From Klebsormidium nitens (lineage: Eukaryota > Plantae > Klebsormidiophyceae): a stretch of DNA of 44,950 nt. Below, piece after piece: positions 1 to 12,358 of the stretch. Where the stretch lies: assembly GCA_000708835.1 (NCBI GenBank), contig DF237213.1, positions 78,233-123,182 on the forward strand, written 5' to 3'. Under the pieces are notes generated by a model. That model worked only from the letters and a program-made list of their open reading frames with translations. It had not been told where the DNA came from and ran no database searches. The translations under genes and the position numbers were made by a program. The number at the start of each line of letters is the position of its first letter. Position 1 is the first letter of the stretch.

Positions 1-217
1 CAGTGTGAGTCTGATATAGTACACGCTAGCATGGTACGTGCATTGTCATGCTTGTCAACATGCTAGCTGAAATAAAATAGTTCAACATAGACGACCCATA
101 TCATATAAGAGATCGACAAACAGAGTGACTGGACCGAGTGCAGTAATATCATAATTGGCAATTAGGGACGGTGTATGCAGATTCTTGACTGCTTATGAGG
201 CTTAATCGTATACGTAT

Positions 218-3200
218 TTACAGGTACAACGATGCAGCAAAGACAATATCCCGCTTTATCCTCTCTATTCCGCCTTGAAATTTGCTGGCAAGCTCTGTTT
301 CTCCTATGGACTTCGCAGCTGCACACAGTTGTCGCAGCAACTCTTCTATCCTCCGAAGCGCTCGGATGAGAGAGCCTTCAAAAATCTCGGTCATCTTCAT
401 GATCTGCAAACAGCATGACGGTCGTGAGTCCTCCTGCCACTGGCAGCTACAAAGGGAGCATCATAGCCAAGCAAGCTCCAAGCATGCCGAAGACAAGGTA
501 ACTAGCGAGTAAGCTGAGATGAGGATCAAAACTGAACGGCTCAAAACTGCACTCGGGCGCTCCGAGGAGGTGGCGCACAAACAGCTTCAACAGACCACTT
601 GTACAACCGCCGGGCAGGGAGTCCTTGTGTCGAGGACTACGGTCTTCAAGTCCATTTCGTAGTACCAGAAAGCAAGCCGAGAAGGGAAAGCTGCGCCCGG
701 TCGGCGTTACGCAGCGGCGGGCGCGCACCTCTGCGAACTTGGCGCCCCGGCACCAGGCGGCGACGAGCTCCATGATGTCGGGCCGGAACTTGGCGACGTA
801 CTCGTCCACGTCGATCTCCATCTTGCACTCCTCCGCCACCTTGCCCACCCGCCCCGCAATGTCGCGCAGCGCGCTCAGCGGACCCGCCAGCTCCTCCTTG
901 AGCCTGAACATGAAAACAAGCGTGAGACGATCGTGCTTAAAGATACCGCGGGCGCGGCAAAAGCGCAGTCACTAACGAGCAAACTCAGACCCCATAACCT
1001 CTATCTACCTTGTTTCGCAAATCAAGAAGAGAATTTCTGGTCTGCTCCAACGTTGCCTTCAGCAAGCCAGCCCCTGCTTCCATGAGCCTGCCTTCATTAC
1101 GACATCTTGCTCCGCTCCCCACTCGTCACAGCGCATGTTCTGGAAGCCTCACCTGGTGGCTGCGGCGCCCTTGTTCTGCACCTTCTCCTGCCACACGAAG
1201 CACGAGAGCAGCGCGGTGGCCTGCTCCACGGACAGGTCCTGGAAGGCGCCGCTGAAGATGAGCTCCGTCAGCACCAGCTCGTCCGCGCTGCTCACCTCCG
1301 CCGCCACGCGCCCCTTCACCTCCACCACGTCCTCCGCGGTCGCGTACCCCAGCCGCCGCAGCACGCGCCGCCGCGCCTTCAGCTCGTCCTGCCAGATCAA
1401 GTGACAGGGTGTGAGTGGGTCAGGTCCAGTCTGAATGAGGGCTGACCGCCGCGCCAAAACCTGTCAAGACGTGCATCTCGGCAGACCGGACCGACTTTTC
1501 CCGGCCCTGTGAAGCACGGCCCGAGCCTGAACGTCCAAACTCTCAAGGAGACGACATGCAAAGAAATGCCTCATATCGTAGCCTCCTACCCTTGGAATCC
1601 GTACACAAAAAGTAAGCGAGCAAGTGCTGCCACACCCCAAACCCTTCGACATACATGTCGCTCTCTATTGGTGAAAGAGGCACGCATGAGCGACATCCAG
1701 ATGGAAGCTACCTAACCGTTCAAAGTGCTTTCGGCGCTTCATGCTGACCTTGAGCACGACGGACTGCGCGGCCTTGGCTTGCTTGCGCATCGCCTTGAGC
1801 TGCGCGGCGAGCGCGTCTTTGCGCGCCAGGTCCTGTAGCCGCGGCCGGAGGCTCGGGCTGCGCGCGAGCGCATGGCCTTGTAGCAGCGCCTCCACCGTCT
1901 CCGCCTTGCGCATCACCTTGCGATACGCGCTGCCGTCCACCTGGCAGGATAACAACAAAAGGTTAACAAACCCCGAGAGCGTAGCGGCCATGTTTCATGA
2001 GACGGGTCCGCCTGACAATGAAGCGTCGTACCCAGCCTCCTTAGTCTACACACGCACAGACGATCTAGCGCAGACCTTCGGCGTGGGGTCCCGGTCACAG
2101 CGGATCGAGCTTGTCCTCGAGAGCTCCGCACAACGTAAATACTTCCGCACAACGTAAATACTCCCGCTCTCGTGAGTGCGACCAGCACAAACACCACTCA
2201 GTACACTCTGAACGGATGAACGCCATTTTGGTCGCAAGCCCGAGGTCGGCAAAGCCTGTGAGCGGCGCGCGCACCTGCATGTCGTCCTCGGGGTCCAGCG
2301 TGGGCACGCCGTCCGGGAAGCGGCGCAGCACCTCCGCCACGGCGCGCGCGGCGCGCTCGCGCGCCTCCAGTGGCCGCAGGTCCTTGGCGATGTACACGCG
2401 CACACTGCTCAGGTCGTCCACCTGCAGCAGCGGGCCAAAGGGAGGTGCTTCGGTAAGCGACCACTTGAGCCCGTTCTAAGCATCAACGTCTAGCTCTACG
2501 AGGGTGGCAACAACCAAAGGCATTCTGTACAAGGGAAATGTCATGCTCTTACCCTGAGCGCTTTTTGCCCCAGCAAAACACTCTTATCCCTAGCCCTACT
2601 GCACTCAACGTATTGGTAAATGGTCCAGCGTATTGAGGATCGGTCAGTAAATACAAGAAGAAATCCAGAGCAGCCATCCTCTGCTCTTTCAATACCGCAG
2701 GCAAAACTATAGCGCTCGCTCGTTTTTCAGCGCGCCGCACCTGGTCGAGCGGCAGCGCCACCACGGTGGGCTCCGCTCCCGGCGTGCCCTCCTCCACGGG
2801 GCGCATCACTTTCCTGCGGCCCAGCCCCGCCGTCTCGTCGGGCACGCACGGCGCGAGCACGTCCACCGTGTACTGCGGAAGACGCGGCCGGCCCTCCCCC
2901 GCGTCGCCCTTGGCTGTGTCCACTTTTTCGAAGTTGGTCACGATGCCCCACACCACGGCGGCGTCGGCTAGGGGGTCCGCCTACGAGTCATGGAGTAAAG
3001 TGTCAACGCCGAGACATCATTGAGCGGCCGAACAGAGTTGACACTCGAGGAAGAGCCCAGGACCAAAAAGCAGTAAGGAAGAAGGAACGGCACAGCAGAA
3101 ATGATAGCTCAGGGCTTCAAAGCTCGTGGAAGAGCCGTCTGGTGCATGTCACCAACGCAGAGAAGAAACCAAAAGGTAGTTGCCGTTGCACAAAGCAAGG

Positions 3201-6200
3201 CGGCCCAGGGGTCGACGCTCTGACAGCAGCCCAGGTTCCTAAAAGCTATGCATAAAATAAGGGGGCGCCGCCTCTTTCTGCCCACGCGGCGGCCCCACCT
3301 TGTCCTCGTCTGCTGGAGGACAGAGCACCCGGATGAGGCGCCCCGGCTGCAGGAAGGGCAGCACGTGCTGCGGCGCGGTGACGATCTTTCGGTGGTCGCG
3401 GTGCAGCTTGCGCAGCTGTTCCCGCAGCTCCGCGTACTCGCGCACCTCCGCCTCGCCCTCCACCGCCACGCCCGCATGCTCCGCCTCCACCTCAAGAATG
3501 CGCGCCTGCATTTGGGCAAGATGGCAGTGAGGAGCGTAGCTGGCCCGGCGAAAAGCGAACTCGCAACAGAGAAACAACTATCCCGTGTTCATGACTCGTC
3601 ATTTGTAGGGAACCCAACACTTGATGAGAACCCAGGTGCTAGCGGCGGTCCTTCGGACCTCCTCGATTCGTCAGACAGTGACCCATTGATCAGCACAAAG
3701 AGCTGCTGGGAGCCCCAAATTTGAACAGTTCACCGTCCCAGACGAGGCCATGGGTTTCTCAGCAGGAGGGCCTTGTGGGGCTGTCACCTGGAGGTCGGGC
3801 AGGGCCCTGTCTGCCTGGAACTGCTTGTAGCTGCGCTGGAGCAGGGCCTCGGGCGTGCTGTCGGGGCAGCGCATCTGGCTGAGCAGCAGGTTGTAGCTCA
3901 GGTGGAACGCGCTGTCCAAACTGTCCGCGCTTCCCTGCAGCATGCCCTTGGCCACCGCAGGCTCCATCTTCTCGTCCAGCATCAATATCACGATCCTGCG
4001 CGCATGGCACCGTGGCGAGGGCATTGAATGAAAGAGTCCGGCTCTCGAGCGGAGGAAACGATGCACGCGTCTGGTGCGGATCAATGGTGAAAGGCGAGGC
4101 TACCAAGGTAATCCAAAAACAAAGGGCCGAGCAACTCAACTCATAGCAGTCTTCAAGCGCCACCTTTACCTTGGGAAAGGCTCCCTGATTGGGTGTTCGC
4201 ACTTCATTTCCTGGAATTGTAGGATCCGACCAACCGAGCCTGATCGGGGCTCGGTTTTGACCCATACGTTCGCCGGTTACTTTCGAGTCCGAGCACCGTC
4301 GACTCGATCGTAGTCTTCGAGCCCAAGAGAATTGAGCCCGAGCCTGATCGGATAGATGTAGACTCGATTCAAAACCAATCAGGCTCGGGCTCGACATGTC
4401 AGGATCGAACTGGGTTTTGTCCAAAAGATGCCAAACGCGAATACCCAATGAGCAGAGGCATCGATCCCAGGATCAACTTAAGATCTTCAGGCAAACTGAA
4501 CGGACAAAGGAACAGGCGGCGGAGGCTCACCCGCGGTCGTCAAGGCCGCGGCGGCCGGCCCTGCCGCTCATTTGGATGTACTCCCCGGAGGAGATCCAGC
4601 GGAAGCGGTCGCCGTCCCACTTGCGCACGTTGGTGAAGACGACGGTCTTGGCAGGCATGTTGAGCCCGATGCTGAACGTCTCCGTGGCGAAGAGGCACTT
4701 GAGGAGGCCCTCCTGGAACAGGATCTCGATCACCTCACGCAAAATGGGCAGCAGCCCCGAGTGGTGGATGCCGATCCCGCGCCGCAGCATCGGCAGGATT
4801 GCGTTCACCTGCGGGTGGGTACAACGCGCATGTGAGACTGCGCCCAGGTCTCTCCGACGGTCGGAACTTTTATTAACTGTGGGCCGACGTCCTCTGACCG
4901 CCCCTCAGAATGTCGAAGTCGTCATATATCGCTCCTCGCACCTGATCGGCAACCAACGAGCATTGAAGTCTCGTTCCTTCGGGTCTGGTATGTCACTGAG
5001 AGCAACGTCGACCAATGTGGTATGACGAGGGAGGTACAATCATCTAATGGCACCGAGCAGCGACATTGACGTTCCCCCTACAACTACGAGGCGGTGACGG
5101 CGAGCTTACAGCGCTCTCGTCCAACTTACGGGACACAACCCACTTGCGAACCATATATCGCCTTGTCTGCGTAGTTATCCTTTCGCCCAAGTCGGAAGCA
5201 AAAAAGGGATGCCCCCAGGGAAGCAGCACGCGCGCACCTGCGGCAGTTTCTTGTCGTCCTCGGAGAGGCTGTCCATGGCGTTCCAGAACACCTCCTCGAC
5301 GGCCTTGCGGTGGTCCTCGTCGTTCAGGTCCAGCTTCATCATCTGACGCGCCAGCGCCTCGCAGTCTTGCCGGCTGAAGCTGAACACGATGACCGGATCA
5401 TATTGCCGCGTCATGACCATCTTTACGATCTTGAAAATGTCCGACGGGCCTGCGGGCGGCGCAGCCCCCTCGGCGCCTTTGGCCTTCTTGCGCGCCTCCT
5501 TCTTGGCGTCGGCGCCGGCCCCGACTGCATTGATGGCGGTCTGGAAGTTGTCCTCCCGAAAGTTGGAGCGCTCGTCGACCACGAGGTAGAGGCCCTCCCC
5601 GCCGGCCGGAAAAAGGTAGTGCTGGAGGGGGGTGGGGCGGAAGTCGGTGTACACAATGTGACATGGTTGGCAGTGCACCTGCAGAGAGGCGTCGGATCTC
5701 AGTGACTCGTTCAACTTGCTGCGACCGAAATACAACATTGAAACGGATGACTGGACTCAAGCTTCTCACTGGGCAGACGCACAAGAGACGAGATCAGTCA
5801 GCGACCCGGAGAAGGCACAGATCCTCAGCTTAGAAACAGGACAAGATTATCACAAGCAAGTTTTAACACCCCGAGATGTAGAATCTGGCCTTTCGACAAC
5901 AACAAACGGGCTTAAGGCGCATCAGTCAATGGGGCCTAACAGAATGACAGCGTAACATCCCCTGCATCCGAATCTGAAAATCGAAACAGTTAGAATACAC
6001 CGCACCTTGGCAACCCAGTCGGCAAACTCTCGAGCATTGGGGACGGTGGCGGACAGGAAGACGAAGCGCGCGTTCTTGGGCGCCATGACGATGCTCTCCT
6101 CCCACACGACGCCGCGCTCGCGGTCGCGCAGGTAGTGCACCTCGTCCATCACGATCCAGGCCACCTCGCGCATGACCTCGCTCCCCTTGTAGAACATGCT

Positions 6201-7334
6201 CCGCAAGATCTCGGTCGTCATCACCTGGACCAGCAGGGCGGCCATGTCGGCAGGGCGCAGGGGAAAACGTGCCCAATCAAAAGGTGATTGTCAAAGGTGG
6301 GGTTGCAAAGAATGATTGTCCACAGGGGGCCAGTCATGTTCCAGTCGTTTGCACCAAGTTCACCTGCCACGTTACTTCCAGCAATCCTCAAATCCCATGA
6401 CAAACTTTAGCAGTTGAAAGTAAAAGGGGGCTGTGAAGCTTGTTTTGAAGTCAAATTCCCGCTTCCTTCGCCCCATCAGATTTATGACACTGCTCGCTTT
6501 CTGGAACAGACCTGCGAAGCATCGAGACACAAAAAGGGCGCCTCGACCACCGCCATCAACCTTCAAGTTCAGTACAACCCCGGGACACACTGACCAGGCA
6601 GGAGGCCTCTGGCTTGATGGTGACGTCCCCCGTCATGAGGCCCACATCCCGGAACTCCTCCGCCAGCTCGCGGTACTTCTGGTTGCTCAGCGCCTTGATG
6701 GGGCTCGTGTACACCACGCGCTGCTTCTCGCGCAGCGCCATGGCGATCGCATACTCCGCCACCACCGTCTTGCCTGCGCTCGTGTGCGCCGACACCAGCA
6801 CCGACTCCCCCGCCTCCAAGCACTCAATTGCTTTGGCCTACATGACCAGCAGACCAAAACAGTTGGACCGCCCAGCCGCGACAAGAGCTGCCGCGCTGTC
6901 CAGTAAATCTGCTTCTTGATCAAATTGGCTTTCTTGCTGTGGCATTTTATCCCAAATGCTGCACCAGCACCATCAGAGTGAGTTTTCAGCTCCACCACCA
7001 TTACCAATTGTCTAAGAATACCGCTCAAAGCATTTGACTGCACTACTACGTCTGCCACGAAGCTCACCTGAAAGGGGTCCAACACAAAAGGGTACTCTTT
7101 GGCAGGCTTGCTGCCTGGCTTGGGGGCCTTTGGCTGGTGAACTGTGCCTTCAGGTAGAGCCACCTCGTGTATCACCGTGGCTGGAGGCCGGTCAGCCACC
7201 AGCAGCCCCGGTGCACCATTCTGTGCTGCCGGTGGGCCGTCTGCCTCGCTGGGTCGAGGGACCTTGGCTACTGCTTCATCACCTTCGTCCACTGGGCCAC
7301 CCTTTCTTTTTGTTGCGCCATGTCTGGAATCCAT
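218..7334 (-). CDS. MTR4: Ski2-like DExH RNA helicase, nuclear exosome cofactor MTR4; 13 exons, ~1012 aa
   Basis: Exons joined with GT-AG sites and consistent phase: 7334-7068, 6837-6595, 6224-6006, 5678-5238, 4808-4531, 3995-3788, 3505-3299, 2980-2741, 2421-2275, 1940-1749, 1388-1153, 903-729, 403-218 (3039 nt). Motifs: AHTSAGKT (Walker A), [28 protein letters not shown], arch/KOW region, C-terminal [36 protein letters not shown] matches my recollection of plant MTR4 rather than HEN2. Confidence 0.96.
2125..2162. repeat. 19-bp perfect tandem duplication in an MTR4 intron
   Basis: TCCGCACAACGTAAATACT twice, at 2125-2143 and 2144-2162. Confidence 0.9.
4232..4392. repeat. Intronic inverted-repeat cluster, MITE-like remnant
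   Basis: AACCGAGCC/GGCTCGGTT stem at 4232-4256. 15-bp perfect inverted repeat GAGCCCGAGCCTGAT (4334-4348) / ATCAGGCTCGGGCTC (4378-4392). CGAGCCTGATCGG direct repeat at 4235 and 4339. Confidence 0.7.
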
Positions 7335-8034
7335 GCTGCGGACATCAGATTGGAAAGCAGCCGTTCTTAATGTCTGGACTCCAGTGGAAATGGAGGTGTG
7401 AGGCAACCAGAGGAAAAAGACAACTTCAAGGTCCGGTCAATGCCATCATGCACACAGCTGCATCATACATGTGCAAGGAGCCGCGCCAGGGTGATCACCC
7501 CAAACCCTAATGGGTGTCCAAAATTCATATCAATACAAAGTTTCACGCTTCTGGAGCCGCACGATTGTCCTAAATTGTCATGAGATGGCGCATCGAACGG
7601 ATCAAGTTGGTCAGAAAAGTTCACAATCTTGCATAGCCTCGCGCCCCTAGTTCATCAAGCAACCGCCAAATGCACACTGCACGGCGAGAGCTGCGCAGCA
7701 GAGAGATTCGAGAACTGCAGGTGTGCTGTTCTGCGCAGTCCTGAGCCGGAGCCGCCGGTCCCTGCATTTTCGGATTGATTTGAGGTCTGTGCTAAAGCAG
7801 TGTGGAAGCCGAGCTGTCTTGTCAATCTTTCGGAGGCAAGGAGCTCTTCTGGTGCAAGGATTGTGCATCTCGGATTGTGTTTGGCTTGTAAGTTGTACTG
7901 GTTGAGGCTGTGCCTTTGTCAGCACTCTCTTTTCTGGCACGCTGGCGTCGGAGGAGGGATCGTCAGCGGACGGACCGCGGCGCAGCGGAGCACCCCTAAA
8001 CATTCCAAGGCCGCGGCAACCCCGCGCTTCACCC
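7335..8034. promoter_or_regulatory. Short divergent MTR4/URGT intergenic region with a telobox
   Basis: 700 bp between head-to-head start codons. AAACCCTAA at 7502-7510, 168 nt upstream of the MTR4 ATG. Function is inferred. Confidence 0.5.
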
Positions 8035-11033
8035 ATGAAGGCAGATCTGCCTGTGCAGCAGGAAGCCGAGAAGTTGAAGCATAAGAAGTTGTATGAAGAC
8101 ATTGGAGCATGGTGAGTGCCTTGTTAGTGGTCAATGGACGACAGCTTGGACATCAGGGGAGCCTGCCAAGGGTTGCTTTGGAGGTTTCGTCTTATTCAAG
8201 CAATCTGAGTACGCAGAGACTGTCGTTTGGTTAATCCCATGCCCTAACTGTACCACTAGTCATTGAAAGTACTTCATTCCATGCAGGCTCTTCAATGTCA
8301 GCAGCTCTGTGGGCATCATCATGATCAACAAATCAGTGATGAAAGTGTATGGCTTCAACTTCGGTGAGCATAACCTGATTGAGAGACTTTGCTCATCCCT
8401 AAGCCGCAATTAAGTCAGCAGTCATAAGGTCCTCCGTCGCCAAGATGAGAGAGACAGATTTGCATTCCGCCACTGAGCAACTTCTCGTGATGATCAGACC
8501 TGAGCTCTGCAAAAATGCGAATGCACCACCTATGTGGTGCTTGTAGGCTAGTAATCATGATTCGGTGTACAAGTTGTGGTTCAAAAGCACAGCCACTGCT
8601 GGATGAGAACACCTGAATGTGTGCTGGAAACTCTTTGCTACATTATGCACCAGCTGAAGACAAGCCATGCATTGCCTGGTTGCCGTCTTCTGGCCAGCCA
8701 AACCCTGTGTAATGTGACACTAGACCTTTTGTTGGAGATGTCAGGTGCTGGCCACTGACTCGATTGCCGTTCTTCACAAGCCCCCTTAAAATTGTATCTA
8801 GGCTCTGAGAAGTATTGGCCTGAAGTAGTGGCCTGGAATTGTGTACGACCACTTCCATCATGTGATAAAGTTGGGGTCAGATCCTCCATGTGGCAAGCCC
8901 ATCTCAACCAAAGTACTCAGAATTGTAGAGAACATTGTGTTTCACCTTGCGGTCAAGTCTCAGACAATCCCAGGAACTCATGATGTCTCCCGCTGTTGTG
9001 CAGCTACAACGCTAACGGGATGCCATTTCTTGATGACAACGTTCCTGTCCTACATTCTCCGGTGGAACGGGTTCATCAAGGACACGCACCTGCCCCTCTT
9101 GGAGTTGCTCAACTTCTCCCTCGCCGCTAACTTTTCCGTCGTTGGCATGAATGTGTCGCTGATGTGGAACTCTGTAGGCTTCTATCAGGTATGTCTCGCC
9201 AACCTTGCAGTCATGGTCTCCATATTGTTGCTGCTCTGGCAAACAATTGTCCCCTCTCAGTGCCGACGCTGACATGTTTACGCATATTCGTTTTCCTTTG
9301 TTGTGTCAATCAGAACCTTGTCTGTGTGCAGAACCATTGACGGGAAGTATGATGCCCCCTCTCAAAGCGTTTCACTTCCTGCAGATTGCCAAGCTCAGCA
9401 TGATTCCTGTGTCCTGCCTGCTTGAGGTCGTCTTTGACAACGTGCGGTACAGCCGGGATGTCAAGCTGAGCATCCTGGTTGTGCTGCTCGGGGTGGGCAT
9501 CACTACTGTCAGTGATGTCAGCGTCAACTTCAAAGGGTTTGTAGCTGCAGCGGTTGCTGTGTGGTCGACGGCCCTGCAACAATACGTGAGCCCCACTTTC
9601 TGTCCACCCAATACTTTCAATCTAGAGCCCGAGTATGAGTGCCATAGTAGGACGATGGGGCTAAGAGATTACAGAATGTTGACACAACATCGTCAGTGTT
9701 GGCGAGCCGCATTATTCCCCAACTTCCCTGAATTGGAGGATTCAAGCTGTGGTGGGCCATCGCAACTAGAGGCTGAGAAGCAACCGGGTTGTTGAGCACA
9801 AAATAGGAAAGAGAATGGGGACCCTCATCAGCAAGTGACCCCTCGTCCGGCTTTCAGAATAGACTGAAGTGCCGTGGTGACCGAACAGGCTACTGCATGA
9901 GAGCCAGCCTAGCCCTTTGATGCTGCTCGTTCCCCTCCGTTGTGTCCAGTACGTCCACTCGCTCCAGAAGAAGTACAGCCTGGGGTCCTTTGACCTGCTC
10001 GGTCACACAGCCCCCGTGCAAGCTGCGACCCTCCTGGTCAGTGGGCCTCTCGTTGACTACTGGCTCAGCGGCCTCAACCTTCTCAAGTACGACTTCTCCA
10101 CGGCCGCCGTGGTGAGACCCTACCCGATGATAATGCATGTTGCACTAGTGGCTGCTCTACGTCTGGGTTCCTCGTGGGAAGTATTATCAGGGACATTCTG
10201 CCCTCTGCGCGGATGAATGAACCAGAATGCAGACTGCCGTGTATTGTCTGGCGAATGTCGTTGATCTGCGAAACAGGCACGGAAATTGCGAGCGAGAAGG
10301 CTGGGACATGCTGTGACCGGCTGTCAGAACCGGAGTTGTCAAGCACAACGGTAGATTACTGTTGGCTGGTCGCATCTCAAAGTAGAAAAGGAGCTCTCAG
10401 AAGGGGTCGGAAGGATGGACTCTTTTGGTCCGTACGGCAGTGTTCGAACACCATGGGGGTCTAATTTCTGCGCCGCTTGTGTGTGCTGTGCAGTTCTTCA
10501 TCACCCTGTCCTGCATTGTGGCCGTTGGTGTGAATGCGAGCCAGTTCATCTGCATCGGCCGCTTCTCCGCGGTGACCTTCCAAGTGTTGGGCCACATGAA
10601 GACCATCCTGGTCCTCATCCTGGGCTTCCTCTTCTTCAACGACAGCACCAGCACCCAGGTGACTGCGCAGCGCTCTGCATCCCGCATGTGCACACGTTGT
10701 CCACGGCTGTACGTCTTCGCTTGCTTTGATTGCGCCATTTCCGGCTACAGCGTCAATCTGTGCAATGAGCTTCCTCGCAGCAGTCTCTACTCTGCTTGTT
10801 GAGCCTTGCCTTTGTCAGCAACTCCGGTTGGTCCAGATTGATCCATCAACTGACATGTCCAGCACCCGTTCTTGCAGAAAATTCTTGGCATGACACTCGC
10901 GATTTGTGGGATGGTTTGGTATGGGAACGCGACATCCAAGCCTGGTGCCAAGACCGTGCTACCCAAGTCAACAGGGCCCGTGTACACTGAGGTTACGAAA
11001 GTTGTCGAAGATGAAGATGATGGTACTGTATGA
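8035..11033 (+). CDS. URGT: Golgi nucleotide-sugar transporter, UDP-rhamnose/UDP-galactose transporter family; 7 exons, 340 aa
   Basis: Exons 8035-8111, 8287-8363, 9004-9188, 9385-9585, 9950-10111, 10494-10658, 10878-11033, all GT-AG and in phase. Motifs [73 protein letters not shown] match the URGT4-6-like clade as I recall it. Confidence 0.93.
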
Positions 11034-12358
11034 CAGCCTCCGCTCTCCCTACTGGCCCTTCCGTTGTCTGACGTAATCAAAACTGAAACTGAAACCATTG
11101 TTGACAAGCCTTGGAGACCGCGCTTCCTTCTCCTGAATCGAGATTCCTGAATGGCAGACAGCATGCTGGGCTGCGTTTGTCAATCCACTTCTCCAAGTGC
11201 AGATTGCCTTGAGCTACGGATGGTAGTACCAGGGCTATGGTACTCCAGATTGTATACTCCTTCGATCTAAGTTTATTATGGTGGAAATGCTGCCCCGCGT
11301 CACCAGTTCAAGCACATGGTGCGGTCTTGTAAAGGACAAGCATTATGCCAGCTGGGCATACATCCTAATCATATTGCATTATATTGGCACGCAGTATGGG
11401 TGCAAGTTGAATGCCAGCAGGTCCTGGGCCTGCGCATGCATGCTGGCCGGATTGGACTGGCAATTATAGCAAACGCGAATTCAGCGATCCCTGAATGGCG
11501 GCGCCGCCACCGTCCCACATGGCGCGCGCGGCACTGGAATGCACTGGCATTTCAAGTTCTTCGGCTAGCTAGGCCAGCTTCGACACACCCATAATCCAGC
11601 AATTTTCATTCAAGTCATGCATGAATTATGCACATGTCACTCAATCCAGTGTTTAATACACATATTTAATTCAAGCAGGTGTTATGACATGCATGCTATA
11701 AGAACGTGGCCACGGCGCACTGATTGAAAGTCTGAAAGCTATATACTCAATATATGATCCAATGATGGTGCATGGCGGCCGCCAGCTCCGGCCGGCCCGC
11801 CGCCCGCCGCGCGCGCACGCAATGAATGCACATATGATATGGCATATCCATATATACAGGCTCGGGCCCCATGAGTGCATGATCATGCGAGGGCCGGCAG
11901 CAGCTATCGCGGCGGCGCGCAACCGCGATCGTTGCTAGCCTGCATGCTCAATATCAGCTGGCAATATTCATGCGTATATGTGTGCTTGAGTCAATCTTGG
12001 ATTGTGCATGATAAAAGAACCCGGTACCGGCCATTGTATATGCTACGCAGCTAGTTGCACACTGGACTCGACATGTGACATGGTTTAGTATTGAACCAGT
12101 TAATCGATCATGCATAAGTCTGTTGGTTCTGGTCACGATCAGTGCACGGCCGCTCAGTGTGGCTCACTGAGACCGAATTGAATTGAGCGGACAACAGAAA
12201 GTACATGAAGTTGCCCATATTTTTTGCTTTAGGACAGCGCCCATGCATCTAACGTTCGGAGACTGGCGGAGAGAGTATACTCAAGGATACCCATGAAAGG
12301 GTTGACAATGCGAGAATCGACGCAGCGTTTCGAGCCTTCATATCTGTGTTAAGTCTAC

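Noticed and set aside
282-7583. Many plus-strand and alternate-frame ORFs over MTR4, e.g. 4396-5025 and 3759-4448
   Set aside because: Antisense or frame shadows of GC-rich exons, or intron read-through; the spliced MTR4 model explains the region.
12153-12171. CTCAGTG/CACTGAG hairpin as a Helitron 3' end
   Set aside because: No CTRR terminus at the expected distance on either strand.
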